A stretch of DNA of 63,770 nucleotides, the filler included, from Armatimonadota bacterium (GTDB taxonomy: Bacteria > Armatimonadota > Fimbriimonadia > Fimbriimonadales > Fimbriimonadaceae): NCBI GenBank assembly GCA_031400935.1. It is 11 parts of 11 records of this genome, joined end to end, with 100 filler letters (N's around TTAATTAATTAA, not from the genome) between each part and the next. Parts side by side here need not be neighbours in the genome. Positions count along the whole stretch, not along the records: positions 1 to 5,850 come from JANNQV010000001.1; positions 5,951 to 10,844 come from JANNQV010000002.1; 9 more parts are not named here. One strand, written 5' to 3'. A model generated the notes under the pieces. The model saw only the letters and a program-made list of their open reading frames with translations, was not told where the DNA came from and did no database searches. How positions within the stretch are numbered: the first letter of the stretch is position 1; the number at the start of each line of letters is the position of its first letter. The position numbers were made by a program, and so were the translations under genes. Positions 1 through 9,187 of this stretch are shown here, one piece after another.

Positions 1-2
1 GA

Positions 3-200
3 TACGTCAATTCTGAAGGTATTGCAGACGATTCATCGAACCCAAATGGATCAATGGACAACATTGCTGGGGTACTAAACGAGAAAGGAAACGTACTTGG
101 ATTAATGCCGCATCCAGAGCGATATACCAAGAAGATTTTGGGCGGATGTGATGGAATAATGATTTTGGAAGCATTCCAGAAAGTTGCCAGCCCCCTTTAG
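3..200 (+). CDS. purQ: phosphoribosylformylglycinamidine synthase subunit PurQ, C-terminal fragment (5' truncated)
   Basis: Manual translation of frame 3 gives ...[28 protein letters not shown]...SPL*. NPNGS and MPHPER are PurQ signature motifs. Not in the ORF track. Confidence 0.92.
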   Translation, partial: YVNSEGIADDSSNPNGSMDNIAGVLNEKGNVLGLMPHPERYTKKILGGCDGIMILEAFQKVASPL

Positions 201-236
201 CTTTTTCAGATTGTCCCGATAAATAGACTAACCGAT

Positions 237-959
237 ATGCGAACTCGAATTTTGATTGCACTAGTATTTTCCTTGACTGGCGCGATGTCGCTTGCTCAAG
301 ATGCTTCGGCAAACAAGGTCGTTTTAGGCAAATTGGGGCAGTCTGTAAAGTCCGCCGTGATCTACGCTTCGGCGAGTTCCCGTTCACGAATTTACTACCG
401 TTTGAAGCCGTATGAGTACTTAGTGTTAAACGAGTCGAACTCGAAAACCTACACGCGAGTGCTGCTTAAGAACGGCTGGTTTGGCTATGTCAGGCGCGAC
501 GCCGTTGCGGTCTTGCCTTATGAAGTCACAAATTCTAAGCCGGTGATTCCGCAAGCCGTTTCCGCTCCCAACCGCGCTTCAGGTTCTGTTACATCGCGAG
601 GTGCCGCCGCGATTGAGGGACTTCGATATATCAATACTCCCTATAAATGGGGAGGAAATGACCCTTGGAAAGGTATAGACTGCTCCGGATTTGTCAAATA
701 TCTGACTGGGCCGATTATGAACCTGCCCCGAACTGCTTCGGAGCAAGCGAAAGTGGGTCAGTCTATCTACAAATTGGAAGATTTGATTGCCGGAGATCGG
801 CTCTACTTCTGGGATAGCCGTAGAGGAAAGATTGGGCATACGGGCATGTATCTCGGCAACGGGTATTTTGTTCATTCAAGTAGCGGTAAGGGCGGCGTAT
901 CAACCGATTATCTGGGCGCTGAGAAATGGCGCAAGATTTTGGTTTCTGCTAGACGGTAA
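237..959 (+). CDS. secreted NlpC/P60 (C40) peptidoglycan peptidase with N-terminal SH3b-like domain
   Basis: Signal peptide; PYKWGG..GIDCSGF and HTGMYLG.G.FVHSSS catalytic motifs. Confidence 0.9.
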   Translation: MRTRILIALVFSLTGAMSLAQDASANKVVLGKLGQSVKSAVIYASASSRSRIYYRLKPYEYLVLNESNSKTYTRVLLKNGWFGYVRRDAVAVLPYEVTNSKPVIPQAVSAPNRASGSVTSRGAAAIEGLRYINTPYKWGGNDPWKGIDCSGFVKYLTGPIMNLPRTASEQAKVGQSIYKLEDLIAGDRLYFWDSRRGKIGHTGMYLGNGYFVHSSSGKGGVSTDYLGAEKWRKILVSARR

Positions 960-1986
960 ACCCCAGCGCCTCTACAAACCCATTCCCGCCAAACCTCACT
1001 GGATCGCTGCATGGCAATCCAGTCTCTTTACTTACCAAGAGGCAAGCATCTCGTGCCTCGTCGTGCGAAGCCAAGTGCGCCGTATTTAGCGCGACCGCAA
1101 CAGTTTTCGGCCTTGGGAAAGTGCCGCACGACTCGCCCAGATCTTCATATAGTTTGATTAGCTCATTTAACGGTGGAATCGCGATCTCTGGAACGCGCTG
1201 CAAATGAGTCATTCCTGCCTTATGGCAAAGAATCAAATGCGTCGCCATCGAGCCGCGAATGAGCGGCAATGTGGCGGTGCTTCCTGGATGCAAAAGCGAG
1301 CCTTGGCCTTCCACGATAATCAATTCTGCTTCCGGGTAGCGCATCATTTCCCGCTCGATACAGCCACCCGCAAAATCAACCCGAACGGCATCTAGCGGCA
1401 CACCCGAACCCAAAAGGAGGATTCCAATTTGTCCGGTTGCAACAAATTCCGCGCGAATTCCCTTTGTCCTCGCCGCAGAAAGAATTTCTAAACCTGCCGT
1501 CATTTTTCCGATTCCCATGTCGGTTCCTACCATGAGCAAACGCTTTGCTGGAAGGCTTTTTGCCGCTCCCGTCGCAGGCGCAAGTCCTTCTGGCTCGATT
1601 CGAATGTCCCAAATCCACTGACCCGGTTTGAGGTTCGAATATCGGGAACCGAGGAGATCGTGAAGGCCGTTCACAACCGACATTCCTTTCGCCACCGCTT
1701 CATCTATCACCGGCCACCAAGAACTTGGAATCAATCCTCCAGGCGGCGCGATGCCGAGGACGAACACATTTGCACCAGCGGCGATTGCCTCGTCAATTGA
1801 AGAAAGCACTGGGCAATCTCGCGGCGAATCGGAAACCTCCTGCATTCGCTTGCCAGCAAATCGCGAATCCAAAACACACGAAACCTCATTTGGCGAATAG
1901 CGCAAAACACCGTAGCCCAATTTTCCGGTGAATTCGCCAATTGCGCCTTCCATAAAAAGCGCAAGGCGATCGGACGAACTTAACAT
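949..1986 (-). CDS. DUF1611 family protein (DgcN-like D-glutamate N-acetyltransferase)
   Basis: GTDMGIGKMT P-loop, ATGQIG and VEGQGSL motifs; coupled to a dipeptide epimerase gene. Confidence 0.85.
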   Translation of the reverse strand: MLSSSDRLALFMEGAIGEFTGKLGYGVLRYSPNEVSCVLDSRFAGKRMQEVSDSPRDCPVLSSIDEAIAAGANVFVLGIAPPGGLIPSSWWPVIDEAVAKGMSVVNGLHDLLGSRYSNLKPGQWIWDIRIEPEGLAPATGAAKSLPAKRLLMVGTDMGIGKMTAGLEILSAARTKGIRAEFVATGQIGILLLGSGVPLDAVRVDFAGGCIEREMMRYPEAELIIVEGQGSLLHPGSTATLPLIRGSMATHLILCHKAGMTHLQRVPEIAIPPLNELIKLYEDLGESCGTFPRPKTVAVALNTAHLASHDEARDACLLVSKETGLPCSDPVRFGGNGFVEALGFTV

Positions 1987-3017
1987 AATAGGGCAGCTCC
2001 GAGACCGGGCAAATCTTGCGGAACAATCACTCCATTCACAATAGGTGCTCCTGACGCGGGGTCCGGGTTTAGGTTCAAATGAGAATCTAAATCTATGTGA
2101 TCAAGCACCCCGCTGATGGCTGCCCCAGCGGCAATAGCTATGCTTGATTCGCTCATGCAGCCAATCATAGTTAGCAAACCGTGCGCCTTAGCCGTCGAAA
2201 TGATTCGCAATGCGTCGGTCAACCCACCGCACTTCATTAGCTTGAGATTCACGCCGTCAACCCAGTTCACGACTTTGGGAACATCAGTCGAAAAACGGCA
2301 TGATTCGTCCACAAAAATCGGAAGCTTTCTACCTTCAAAAATGTGCTTCAATTCGGCTTCATTGCCTTCTACCAAAGGCTGTTCAACATAGTCAACACCA
2401 CGTTCAGCAAGCCACGGAATCATCATATTGGCTTCATTGACATCCCATCCACCGTTGGCATCTACCCTCAATTTAACATCAAATCGTGCGGAAGATTCAC
2501 GGGCAGCTTCGAAATGAGCTTTATCGTGATCGCGCCCTTCGGGAGATCCAAGTTTGATCTTTAGGCATTTAGCTTTTGTGCTTTCTAAAATGAGCGGAAC
2601 TCGCTCACGTGTGACTTCGGGAGGGTTGATTCCAATCGTGACTGAAGTTGGAACCGTTGGCTTCGGCAACCCGAAAACTTTATAAAGCGGCTGGCCGGCC
2701 CTCTTTCCAAACAGGTCCCAAAGTGCCATGTCGAGGGCAGCCATGGCGGGAGGATCAATTTCTCGATCCTTCATCATCTGCCAGATTTCCCACGTCGAAA
2801 ATCGCTGAAGTTCGACTTGATTTATGAACGCGGAGAGTTGAACTTCTCCACGTTCGGCAGACCAATTTTTGCCTGTTGCTGGTGAAAGCTCGCCGATTCC
2901 TTGATATTCGCCATCAGTGACAGTTACAAATAGGTTCTCACTGCTCGCCATGGTTCCACGGCTGATGGCGAGCGGAAATCGTTTTTGCAATTCAATTCTT
3001 CGAAAAGTTACTTCCAA
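1980..3017 (-). CDS. L-Ala-D/L-Glu epimerase family (enolase superfamily, DgcA-like)
   Basis: KIKLG, DANGGW, EQP, DES, NLKLMKCGG and DLD motifs. Confidence 0.88.
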   Translation of the reverse strand: MEVTFRRIELQKRFPLAISRGTMASSENLFVTVTDGEYQGIGELSPATGKNWSAERGEVQLSAFINQVELQRFSTWEIWQMMKDREIDPPAMAALDMALWDLFGKRAGQPLYKVFGLPKPTVPTSVTIGINPPEVTRERVPLILESTKAKCLKIKLGSPEGRDHDKAHFEAARESSARFDVKLRVDANGGWDVNEANMMIPWLAERGVDYVEQPLVEGNEAELKHIFEGRKLPIFVDESCRFSTDVPKVVNWVDGVNLKLMKCGGLTDALRIISTAKAHGLLTMIGCMSESSIAIAAGAAISGVLDHIDLDSHLNLNPDPASGAPIVNGVIVPQDLPGLGAALLC

Positions 3018-3266
3018 TTTTTGGGTGCTCCGTTACGAGAGGGTTTACCTGGAAAACTTGGCTCGTACGTAATGGCCGAATTGCACTGAGTTTATAATCT
3101 TGTTTCTCGCAAAGGCGCAAAGTACGCAAAAGTCAAGATCTACCTCGCAACATCTGACACCATGGGTTTTGCCTAATCTAAACGAGAGCAGTATCAATCA
3201 TGATTCTTTGCGAGAGACTTAAGTTGCAATTCGGGAAACCCATACAAATAGTACAATTCCCTCTTA

Positions 3267-5159
3267 GTGCCAAACCCCGAAACAAAGCTCGCACAAAGAT
3301 TCAAAACCAACTTCCTAGAATCTCCCTGGCATCGTATTGTAATGCTCGTCGCATGGGCGCTCATTGCCGTTTCGTATTGGAATGCGCTTGGCGGGGAGTT
3401 CGTTTACGATGACCATTTGCAGGTTCAAAAGAACCCGCTCATCCAAAGCCCTGCGCTGTGGACTACGGCGCTCACGACCGACGTCTGGTCGTTCAAAAAT
3501 GCAGATTTGAGGCGAAGTTCCAACTATTATCGGCCCACTTTTTCGGCATGGCTCATCGTCAATTACACACTATTTCGAACCTGGGCTGGAGGCTGGCATC
3601 TTGGAAACATCTTGCTCCATGGCCTAGCGACCTGGCTAGGATTCCTGGTGTTGCGAAGGCTCAAAATTGTACCGATTGGAACGGCTATTATCACATGGCT
3701 GTTCGCATGTCACCCGATTCATGTTGAGTCAGTCACGTGGGTTTCTGGTTCGCCCGATATTCTCCTTGCGTGTGCGCTTTTCTTTTCCCTTATTGCCTAC
3801 CTGAAGGTCAGGAAAGAACCTAGCCTGAAATTATGGCTTTTAGTTCTTTTGGGAGCATTGCTTGGCGTCGGGAGCAAGGAGGCGGGCGCATTGTTCTTTG
3901 TGGTGATTGCCGTCACCGAATACGTCCTTTCAAGGCAAGAATCGCTTCCCAAACCATTCTTGCGAGCGGCAAAGGCTGCGCTACCATTCTTGGCGGTGGC
4001 TATAGGATTCATCCTGTTTCGCTATAAAGTAACCGGGCAATTTGGGGCGTCTGTAGGAAACACGCTGACAAACGCCTCGATGTTTGCTTCGATTCCTCAA
4101 GCGATAGCATTCTATCTGCGCCAGGCATTTATTCCGTACGAACTTTCTTCTGCCTACCCGATGAGAACACTTGATATTGGTTCTCTTGGTTTTGGAAACT
4201 TTTGGGCGCCGCTCTTTTTTGTTCTTTCGGCACTTGCAGGCATGGTGTGGGCGATCCGGCGCAATCCAATTGCTGCAATTGGCGTAACGTTTCTTGTCTT
4301 TGTATTGCCTTCGTTCTATTTTCGTGCTTTGCACCCCGAGCACATGGTTCGCGACCGATACTTCTACCTCCCGCTCTTTGCCGTTTTGGTAGCAGTTGCT
4401 TGCTCGATTTTTCACGATAGTTCCGTGGAGTGGGATAGGTTTCGGTGGACCAGGGCATCGTACATTGGCCTAGGGCTTGCGTTCATCTTGGCTTGTCAAA
4501 GCATGTCTTACAGCCGCGTTTGGCTCAACGATGCCGCACTTTGGGGGCGAGGAGTCGAAACCGACCCGAACGGCACATTTGCGCTCATGAACGTTTGCGA
4601 TGCGCTAAGGGTTCGCAATCGGCCTGCTGAAGCCATTCCTTTTGGTTTGCGCTCCATCGCGTTGAAACCAAAAGCTCCGAGGGCGCATTACATCGTAGGT
4701 CTGGCATACAAGGAGCTCCACGACTTCAAAAACACCGAAAAGCATTTCGCGGAGGCGGTTCGGCTCGGCGGGGATTCTTATGTTGCCGCCAAGCCTCTCG
4801 GAGACCTAATGGTCTCCCAAAATCGTCTCGATGAAGCTGAGCAGCTGTACCGACGCTCGATCAAACGATCCTCAAGCTATGCCCCGGCGGGGACGGTAAA
4901 CCTAGCAGAGGTTCTTTTGATTCAAGGGAAGGCTGACGAGGCGTTTGCGCTTTTGAAATCTAGAGAGGCAGATCGCGAGACCATCTTGATTCCTGAAGTT
5001 CAAAGAGCGTGGTTTGTTCTGGGCAGAATCTACCAGGCGTTTGACAACTCTGTCGAGGCAAACAAATGCTTCCAAAAGTACAGGGAGAGAACCGAGGGAA
5101 TGATGGGGGGAGATATTCGTGCATTGCGGGATGCCGCGAAGCTGTATATTGGAGAATAA
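3267..5159 (+). CDS. TMTC-like GT-C membrane glycosyltransferase with C-terminal TPR repeats
   Basis: FVYDD loop, YYRP, HPIHVESVTWVSG and SKE motifs, many TM helices, TPR-like C-terminus. Confidence 0.78.
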   Translation: MPNPETKLAQRFKTNFLESPWHRIVMLVAWALIAVSYWNALGGEFVYDDHLQVQKNPLIQSPALWTTALTTDVWSFKNADLRRSSNYYRPTFSAWLIVNYTLFRTWAGGWHLGNILLHGLATWLGFLVLRRLKIVPIGTAIITWLFACHPIHVESVTWVSGSPDILLACALFFSLIAYLKVRKEPSLKLWLLVLLGALLGVGSKEAGALFFVVIAVTEYVLSRQESLPKPFLRAAKAALPFLAVAIGFILFRYKVTGQFGASVGNTLTNASMFASIPQAIAFYLRQAFIPYELSSAYPMRTLDIGSLGFGNFWAPLFFVLSALAGMVWAIRRNPIAAIGVTFLVFVLPSFYFRALHPEHMVRDRYFYLPLFAVLVAVACSIFHDSSVEWDRFRWTRASYIGLGLAFILACQSMSYSRVWLNDAALWGRGVETDPNGTFALMNVCDALRVRNRPAEAIPFGLRSIALKPKAPRAHYIVGLAYKELHDFKNTEKHFAEAVRLGGDSYVAAKPLGDLMVSQNRLDEAEQLYRRSIKRSSSYAPAGTVNLAEVLLIQGKADEAFALLKSREADRETILIPEVQRAWFVLGRIYQAFDNSVEANKCFQKYRERTEGMMGGDIRALRDAAKLYIGE

Positions 5160-5163
5160 TCAA

Positions 5164-5850
5164 ATGTATTCGAATTCTTTAGTGCTTTTGCTTTTGATGA
5201 GTTCGAGCTTTCTGACAAGCTGCTCTCCATCGCGATCAAGAAACACTAATGTTCTGCAGCCAGCAAGCCCTGGCCAACTGAAGCGCGTAGACGACCCATT
5301 AAAGGGCGTCAAAGCTGTCATTTTGTCAGAGAAGGAAGGGGCCATTGGTAACCTGATTAGCAACGTGGAGGGTGTCGAAGGGGGATTTTCGGAGTCGGAT
5401 GCGTCCGGGGTTGTAATCCAATTCCGGCGGAACGGCAAGCCAGCCATCGTAAAAAATGGTTCGATTTCGGCAGAGCTCTTCTTACCCAACAAACAGAAAT
5501 GGCCAATAAGACGCTTTTATTTGAAAGACTCTTTAGGTGTGTTCTGGATTCCATCAGGCTACGACCTGGCTCCAAAGTATATGAAATTGGTGCTCAAATC
5601 TGTCATTTCGCCGAATCGCGAGTTAGCAAATGTAAAAGTTACAAAACTCGCGCCTGCGAAAACCGTTATCAAACCCAATGAACCCAAAATGGCAGGAAGC
5701 CGTTGGAAGATTATCCCTAAGGAAAATCTAGGGGCCGATCTCCAATTAGTTGGCCGACCACCAAATACTTGGTCGAAAGTTGAAGTCTTGCGAACAACCC
5801 ACGTTGACTATCGAACCCAAAGTCCTAAGGCGGGAGGGCGGAAGTTTTTC
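5164..5850 (+). CDS. hypothetical lipoprotein (3' truncated)
   Basis: MYSNSLVLLLLMSSSFLTSC lipobox-like N-terminus; open to the contig end. Confidence 0.5.
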
Positions 5851-5951
5851 NNNNNNNNNNNNNNNNNNNNNNNNNNNNNNNNNNNNNNNNNNNNTTAATT
5901 AATTAANNNNNNNNNNNNNNNNNNNNNNNNNNNNNNNNNNNNNNNNNNNNG

Positions 5952-6083
5952 AGAGACAAGCTCATTCATCACTATTTTGGTGTGAAGCTCGACATCGTTT
6001 GGGATACTGTAACGAACGTCCTTCCTGATTTCAGCGCTTCAATAACAGGCATCCTTTTAAATCGCGAAACTGGCGAACTTTGA
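5952..6083 (+). CDS. DUF86/HepT-like HEPN ribonuclease, C-terminal fragment
   Basis: Manual translation RDKLIHHYFGVKLDIVWDTV...; Rx4H motif followed by YFGV.L.IVW is typical of DUF86. Confidence 0.8.
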   Translation, partial: RDKLIHHYFGVKLDIVWDTVTNVLPDFSASITGILLNRETGEL

Positions 6084-6109
6084 GAGCCGCGAGTTTGCTA
6101 AAGCCATCC

Positions 6110-6790
6110 CTACGGCACTGCAAAAACAACCACCGAACCCGAATATTGCCCGTACCTGCCCTCTGCGCCGTAGCCTTGAACCCGGTATTCGCGCTTTTCG
6201 GCTTGGCCGGGCTCGAGAGGCGGACGCTTGTCAACAAAATGAATCGTCATCGCCACGCCAATCTGCTCCCATTCGCCATCGCTGCGGCGACAATCAACCG
6301 CCAGCAGCTTGTTTCGATTCTTGATCAGCCGCAAACGTACGTGCCAGTTCGAATCTGGAAACGCCTTCAAGGCAGGAAGTTCAGGCTCGCGCTCAGGCAA
6401 AGTGACAATTTGGTACGCCTCTCCGATTCCTGCATAATAGCCAGCCGAAGCGCGGATAATCGCAGCGAACCGGCGGGTTCGAGCTTCGATTCCGGGGAGC
6501 GCCTTTGGCGGAAAAGCTGGATTCACGGGCGGCGGAGTCGGCTGTTCGAACGCCGCGTTCGGGTTGCCAGATAGCAGAGCGTCCTTCCATGCCGTCATGG
6601 ATTCAGCATACGAACGAACCTGCAAAGCGAGGTTGACCGCAAGCTTCACCGATTCCGCATCGGCGACGATCTGGTCAATGTCAGCCAGCGTCAGCCCGTG
6701 CACCGTTCCAGTAACTTGCGCCTCGGCTGCAAAAGTGTTGTGGAACACCGCCTTCTCCGCCCCACGAATTGGATACCAATCATTCGCCAT
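6110..6790 (-). CDS. hypothetical protein, helical N-terminus plus fibronectin-III-like beta-rich C-terminus
   Basis: 226-aa ORF; its C-terminus resembles the partial ORF at 58474-58671. Fold assignment is inferred. Confidence 0.65.
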   Translation of the reverse strand: MANDWYPIRGAEKAVFHNTFAAEAQVTGTVHGLTLADIDQIVADAESVKLAVNLALQVRSYAESMTAWKDALLSGNPNAAFEQPTPPPVNPAFPPKALPGIEARTRRFAAIIRASAGYYAGIGEAYQIVTLPEREPELPALKAFPDSNWHVRLRLIKNRNKLLAVDCRRSDGEWEQIGVAMTIHFVDKRPPLEPGQAEKREYRVQGYGAEGRYGQYSGSVVVFAVP

Positions 6791-6792
6791 TT

Positions 6793-7044
6793 CGTTTTCC
6801 TATAATTAGTATACTTTACATTGATAATAGTTACCTTTTAATTTCAGAGTTGCACCTGCTCAATTTAATTAGTTCACGTTTTATCATGTTTTGACGCCTT
6901 TTAGATTCTCTATTGATACTTTCGAATATTTTAATTGCACTTTGAGATTTGCATATCTTTCTTTGTTATATTTTTATAACACTTTGTTTCTAACACAGTT
7001 TCCTTTATATCTCAGAAAGGTAACTGTCTTCTGCCCAGTTGAAC
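6793..7044. repeat. 21-bp-period degenerate array (12 units), AT-rich, non-coding
   Basis: C at 6793, 6814, 6835, 6856, 6877, 6898, 6919, 6940, 6961, 6982, 7003 and 7024. Units start CTTT in 8/12, CGTT in 2 and CTG in 2; the rest of each unit is variable. Confidence 0.85.
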
Positions 7045-7106
7045 GGAAGACTAGTAAATTGAACCTGTTTGGAGCAGCAATGCAGTGTTTCAAAAAGCAA
7101 CCGTCG

Positions 7107-7529
7107 TCAGATTTGCGTCAGGATAGCTTCGCAAGAGTTCCCAATCGCCTTCCTTCTCACCTGGTAGTTACCGTCGGGCAAATGCTCAATCTCCTTGAGC
7201 TGCTCTCCGAGATACGCAGCAGCTTTAAGCAATTGGGCTGGCATAGCATCGATATAGATGTCTCTATCAGGATTTTGCGCAAGAAACTCAAATGCTTGTT
7301 TTGCCAAAAAAACTTCGTTGAAACAGTCTCGACGTGAGACATAACCTTCTGGTCGAACCCACGTCAGCTCACTATTGTCGCTAAACCACTTGACATCATA
7401 GCCACGCCGAACAAACTCAGTTTCGAGGGCAGCTTTGAATTCGTCTATTGGACCTCCCTTGAAGCAACTAAACCGACTGACGCCAAGATTTAGTAATGCG
7501 TCGCAATACTGAGTGATGTTCATTTCCAT
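7107..7529 (-). CDS. hypothetical protein
   Basis: 140-aa ORF with TACACT 7 nt upstream of the ATG. Confidence 0.55.
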   Translation of the reverse strand: MEMNITQYCDALLNLGVSRFSCFKGGPIDEFKAALETEFVRRGYDVKWFSDNSELTWVRPEGYVSRRDCFNEVFLAKQAFEFLAQNPDRDIYIDAMPAQLLKAAAYLGEQLKEIEHLPDGNYQVRRKAIGNSCEAILTQI

Positions 7530-7692
7530 GTCTCCGAGTGTAGCACCTGGATTTGAGCATCCATACGTCTAAGTGAGTTAGATGAAGTCAAGTGTTTCAT
7601 GAAGTGAAGCCGGGAGCTGGAATAGAGCATACTTAGTTGACACCTGCCAGATGGAAGGGAGCTAACCACTTATTGCAGATTGGAGTCTGAGA

Positions 7693-9126
7693 ATGTCGAG
7701 TTCGCGTCTTTATTGCATTTTTTTCGGGGCAGTAGCCATACTGAGTTTATCATTTGCACAAGCTCAAACAGATTTGACCGCTTCTGAGGTCTTCAAGAAA
7801 TGCCAATCGTCAGTCGTGCGAATAGAAACGGATGAGTCTTTAGGTACCGGATTCTTTGTGAAGGACGGTCGCACAATTGCGACATGCCTTCACGTCTTGT
7901 CAGGAGCTAAGACCGCAAAAATCGGAACCAGTGATGGAAAGGTTTACACAATTGATAGTGTGCAGTTCGATGAGCCAAATGACATAGCCATCGTAACGAT
8001 TTCTGAGATCACTAGAACAAAGCCAGTTCAGCTTTCACTCAATTCACAACCTGAAATTGGCACGCCGATTCATGTGATTGGTAATCCTCTAGGATTTTTA
8101 GAAAGGACGCTATCGTCCGGAAGCGTTAGTGCTCTCCGAAATGAATCTGGAAAATCACTAATTCAAATATCCGCACCGATAAGTCCTGGTAGCTCAGGCA
8201 GCCCCGTTCTGAATTCAGAAGCCAGCGCCATTGGAATGGTCACTGCGTCCCAAGAAGAGGGTCAACTTCTTAACTTTGCTGTGCCATCGTCTGCAATCAA
8301 GCAAGCACTTTTGATTGAACCGATTGCTTGGTCAGTTTTCACTGAGAAGTTTAAGAAAGCGGCTACTCCATCGAAAATTGCCACAATTGACCTGACGGAT
8401 GTCTTTAATCCAACATTCAATTCTTTGAATCGAATGAAACTTATGGAATCATCGGCTTTGCAGCGATTATCTGACTCTGCGTTCCAGTCTGTGAACGCAG
8501 CGGCATCGCTAATTGAAAAGTCAGCAGATATTAATTCTCTACTAGAGCAATCTGTAGGCAAAGCAAGAGAGATGACACTGCAAACTGGTTGTCCGACTTG
8601 GTGTCGGCCCTATTACGAGAGGCTTTCAGCAATCAGTAATATTGCTAAAGAAACATACGAGCTTCAAACTCAAGCACTAATGGGATTTCAAACACGATCA
8701 AAGGACTTGGCAGAGACTGTTAAGGCTTGGATGGATTCTCGAAAGCGACAAAGTCAAGCCGAACGTGAATGGAAGACTTGGGTTTGGGAACATTTGGAAT
8801 TTAAGTGGATTCGGTTCGTCGAGGAATCCGATCCGCCTGCATTCTATTTTTCGACGGCAAGAGCCATAGTTGGTGCTTATCCTGACCCAGCATTTAAGTT
8901 TGAGACCCGAATATTTTTTACCGACGAAGCATCGAAGTTTCAAGCAGGTGATGTAATCAAAGCAATTCGATTCACGCCTGAAAGCGAATTTTCGGAAGTT
9001 ACTAATTGGAAAGAACTGAAGTTGCTGATGCTTGTTTTGCCAGAGACATCAAACGGTTTAACTTGCCGACTTAAGGTGCTCAGAAATCATGATTTAATCG
9101 AAATTGAATCGGTGATCAAGTGGTAG
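7693..9126 (+). CDS. secreted trypsin-like (S1C) serine protease with unknown C-terminal region
   Basis: Signal peptide; GTGFF, TCLHV, DIAIV, GNPLG and ISPGSSGSP catalytic triad motifs. Confidence 0.85.
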   Translation: MSSSRLYCIFFGAVAILSLSFAQAQTDLTASEVFKKCQSSVVRIETDESLGTGFFVKDGRTIATCLHVLSGAKTAKIGTSDGKVYTIDSVQFDEPNDIAIVTISEITRTKPVQLSLNSQPEIGTPIHVIGNPLGFLERTLSSGSVSALRNESGKSLIQISAPISPGSSGSPVLNSEASAIGMVTASQEEGQLLNFAVPSSAIKQALLIEPIAWSVFTEKFKKAATPSKIATIDLTDVFNPTFNSLNRMKLMESSALQRLSDSAFQSVNAAASLIEKSADINSLLEQSVGKAREMTLQTGCPTWCRPYYERLSAISNIAKETYELQTQALMGFQTRSKDLAETVKAWMDSRKRQSQAEREWKTWVWEHLEFKWIRFVEESDPPAFYFSTARAIVGAYPDPAFKFETRIFFTDEASKFQAGDVIKAIRFTPESEFSEVTNWKELKLLMLVLPETSNGLTCRLKVLRNHDLIEIESVIKW

Positions 9127-9187
9127 CTGCGACCTTCAAGATCGCATGGTAGAGTTCGTCTATCGCCCAATCTCCAAGAACACTTCC

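Noticed and set aside
6080..6574. Long antisense or alternate-frame ORFs (also 23103-23666, 46452-47015, 47292-47900, 62773-63366)
   Set aside because: They are shadows of well-supported genes on the opposite strand and have no recognisable motifs.
6793..7044. The 21-bp array as a CRISPR array
   Set aside because: Only about 4 nt per unit are conserved, the units are far too short, and no cas genes are visible.
6891..7337. 148-aa plus-strand ORF crossing the periodic array
   Set aside because: TTG start in mid-array, Phe/Tyr/Leu bias that follows from the T-rich strand, in-frame stops just upstream, and antisense overlap with 7107-7529. Probably spurious.
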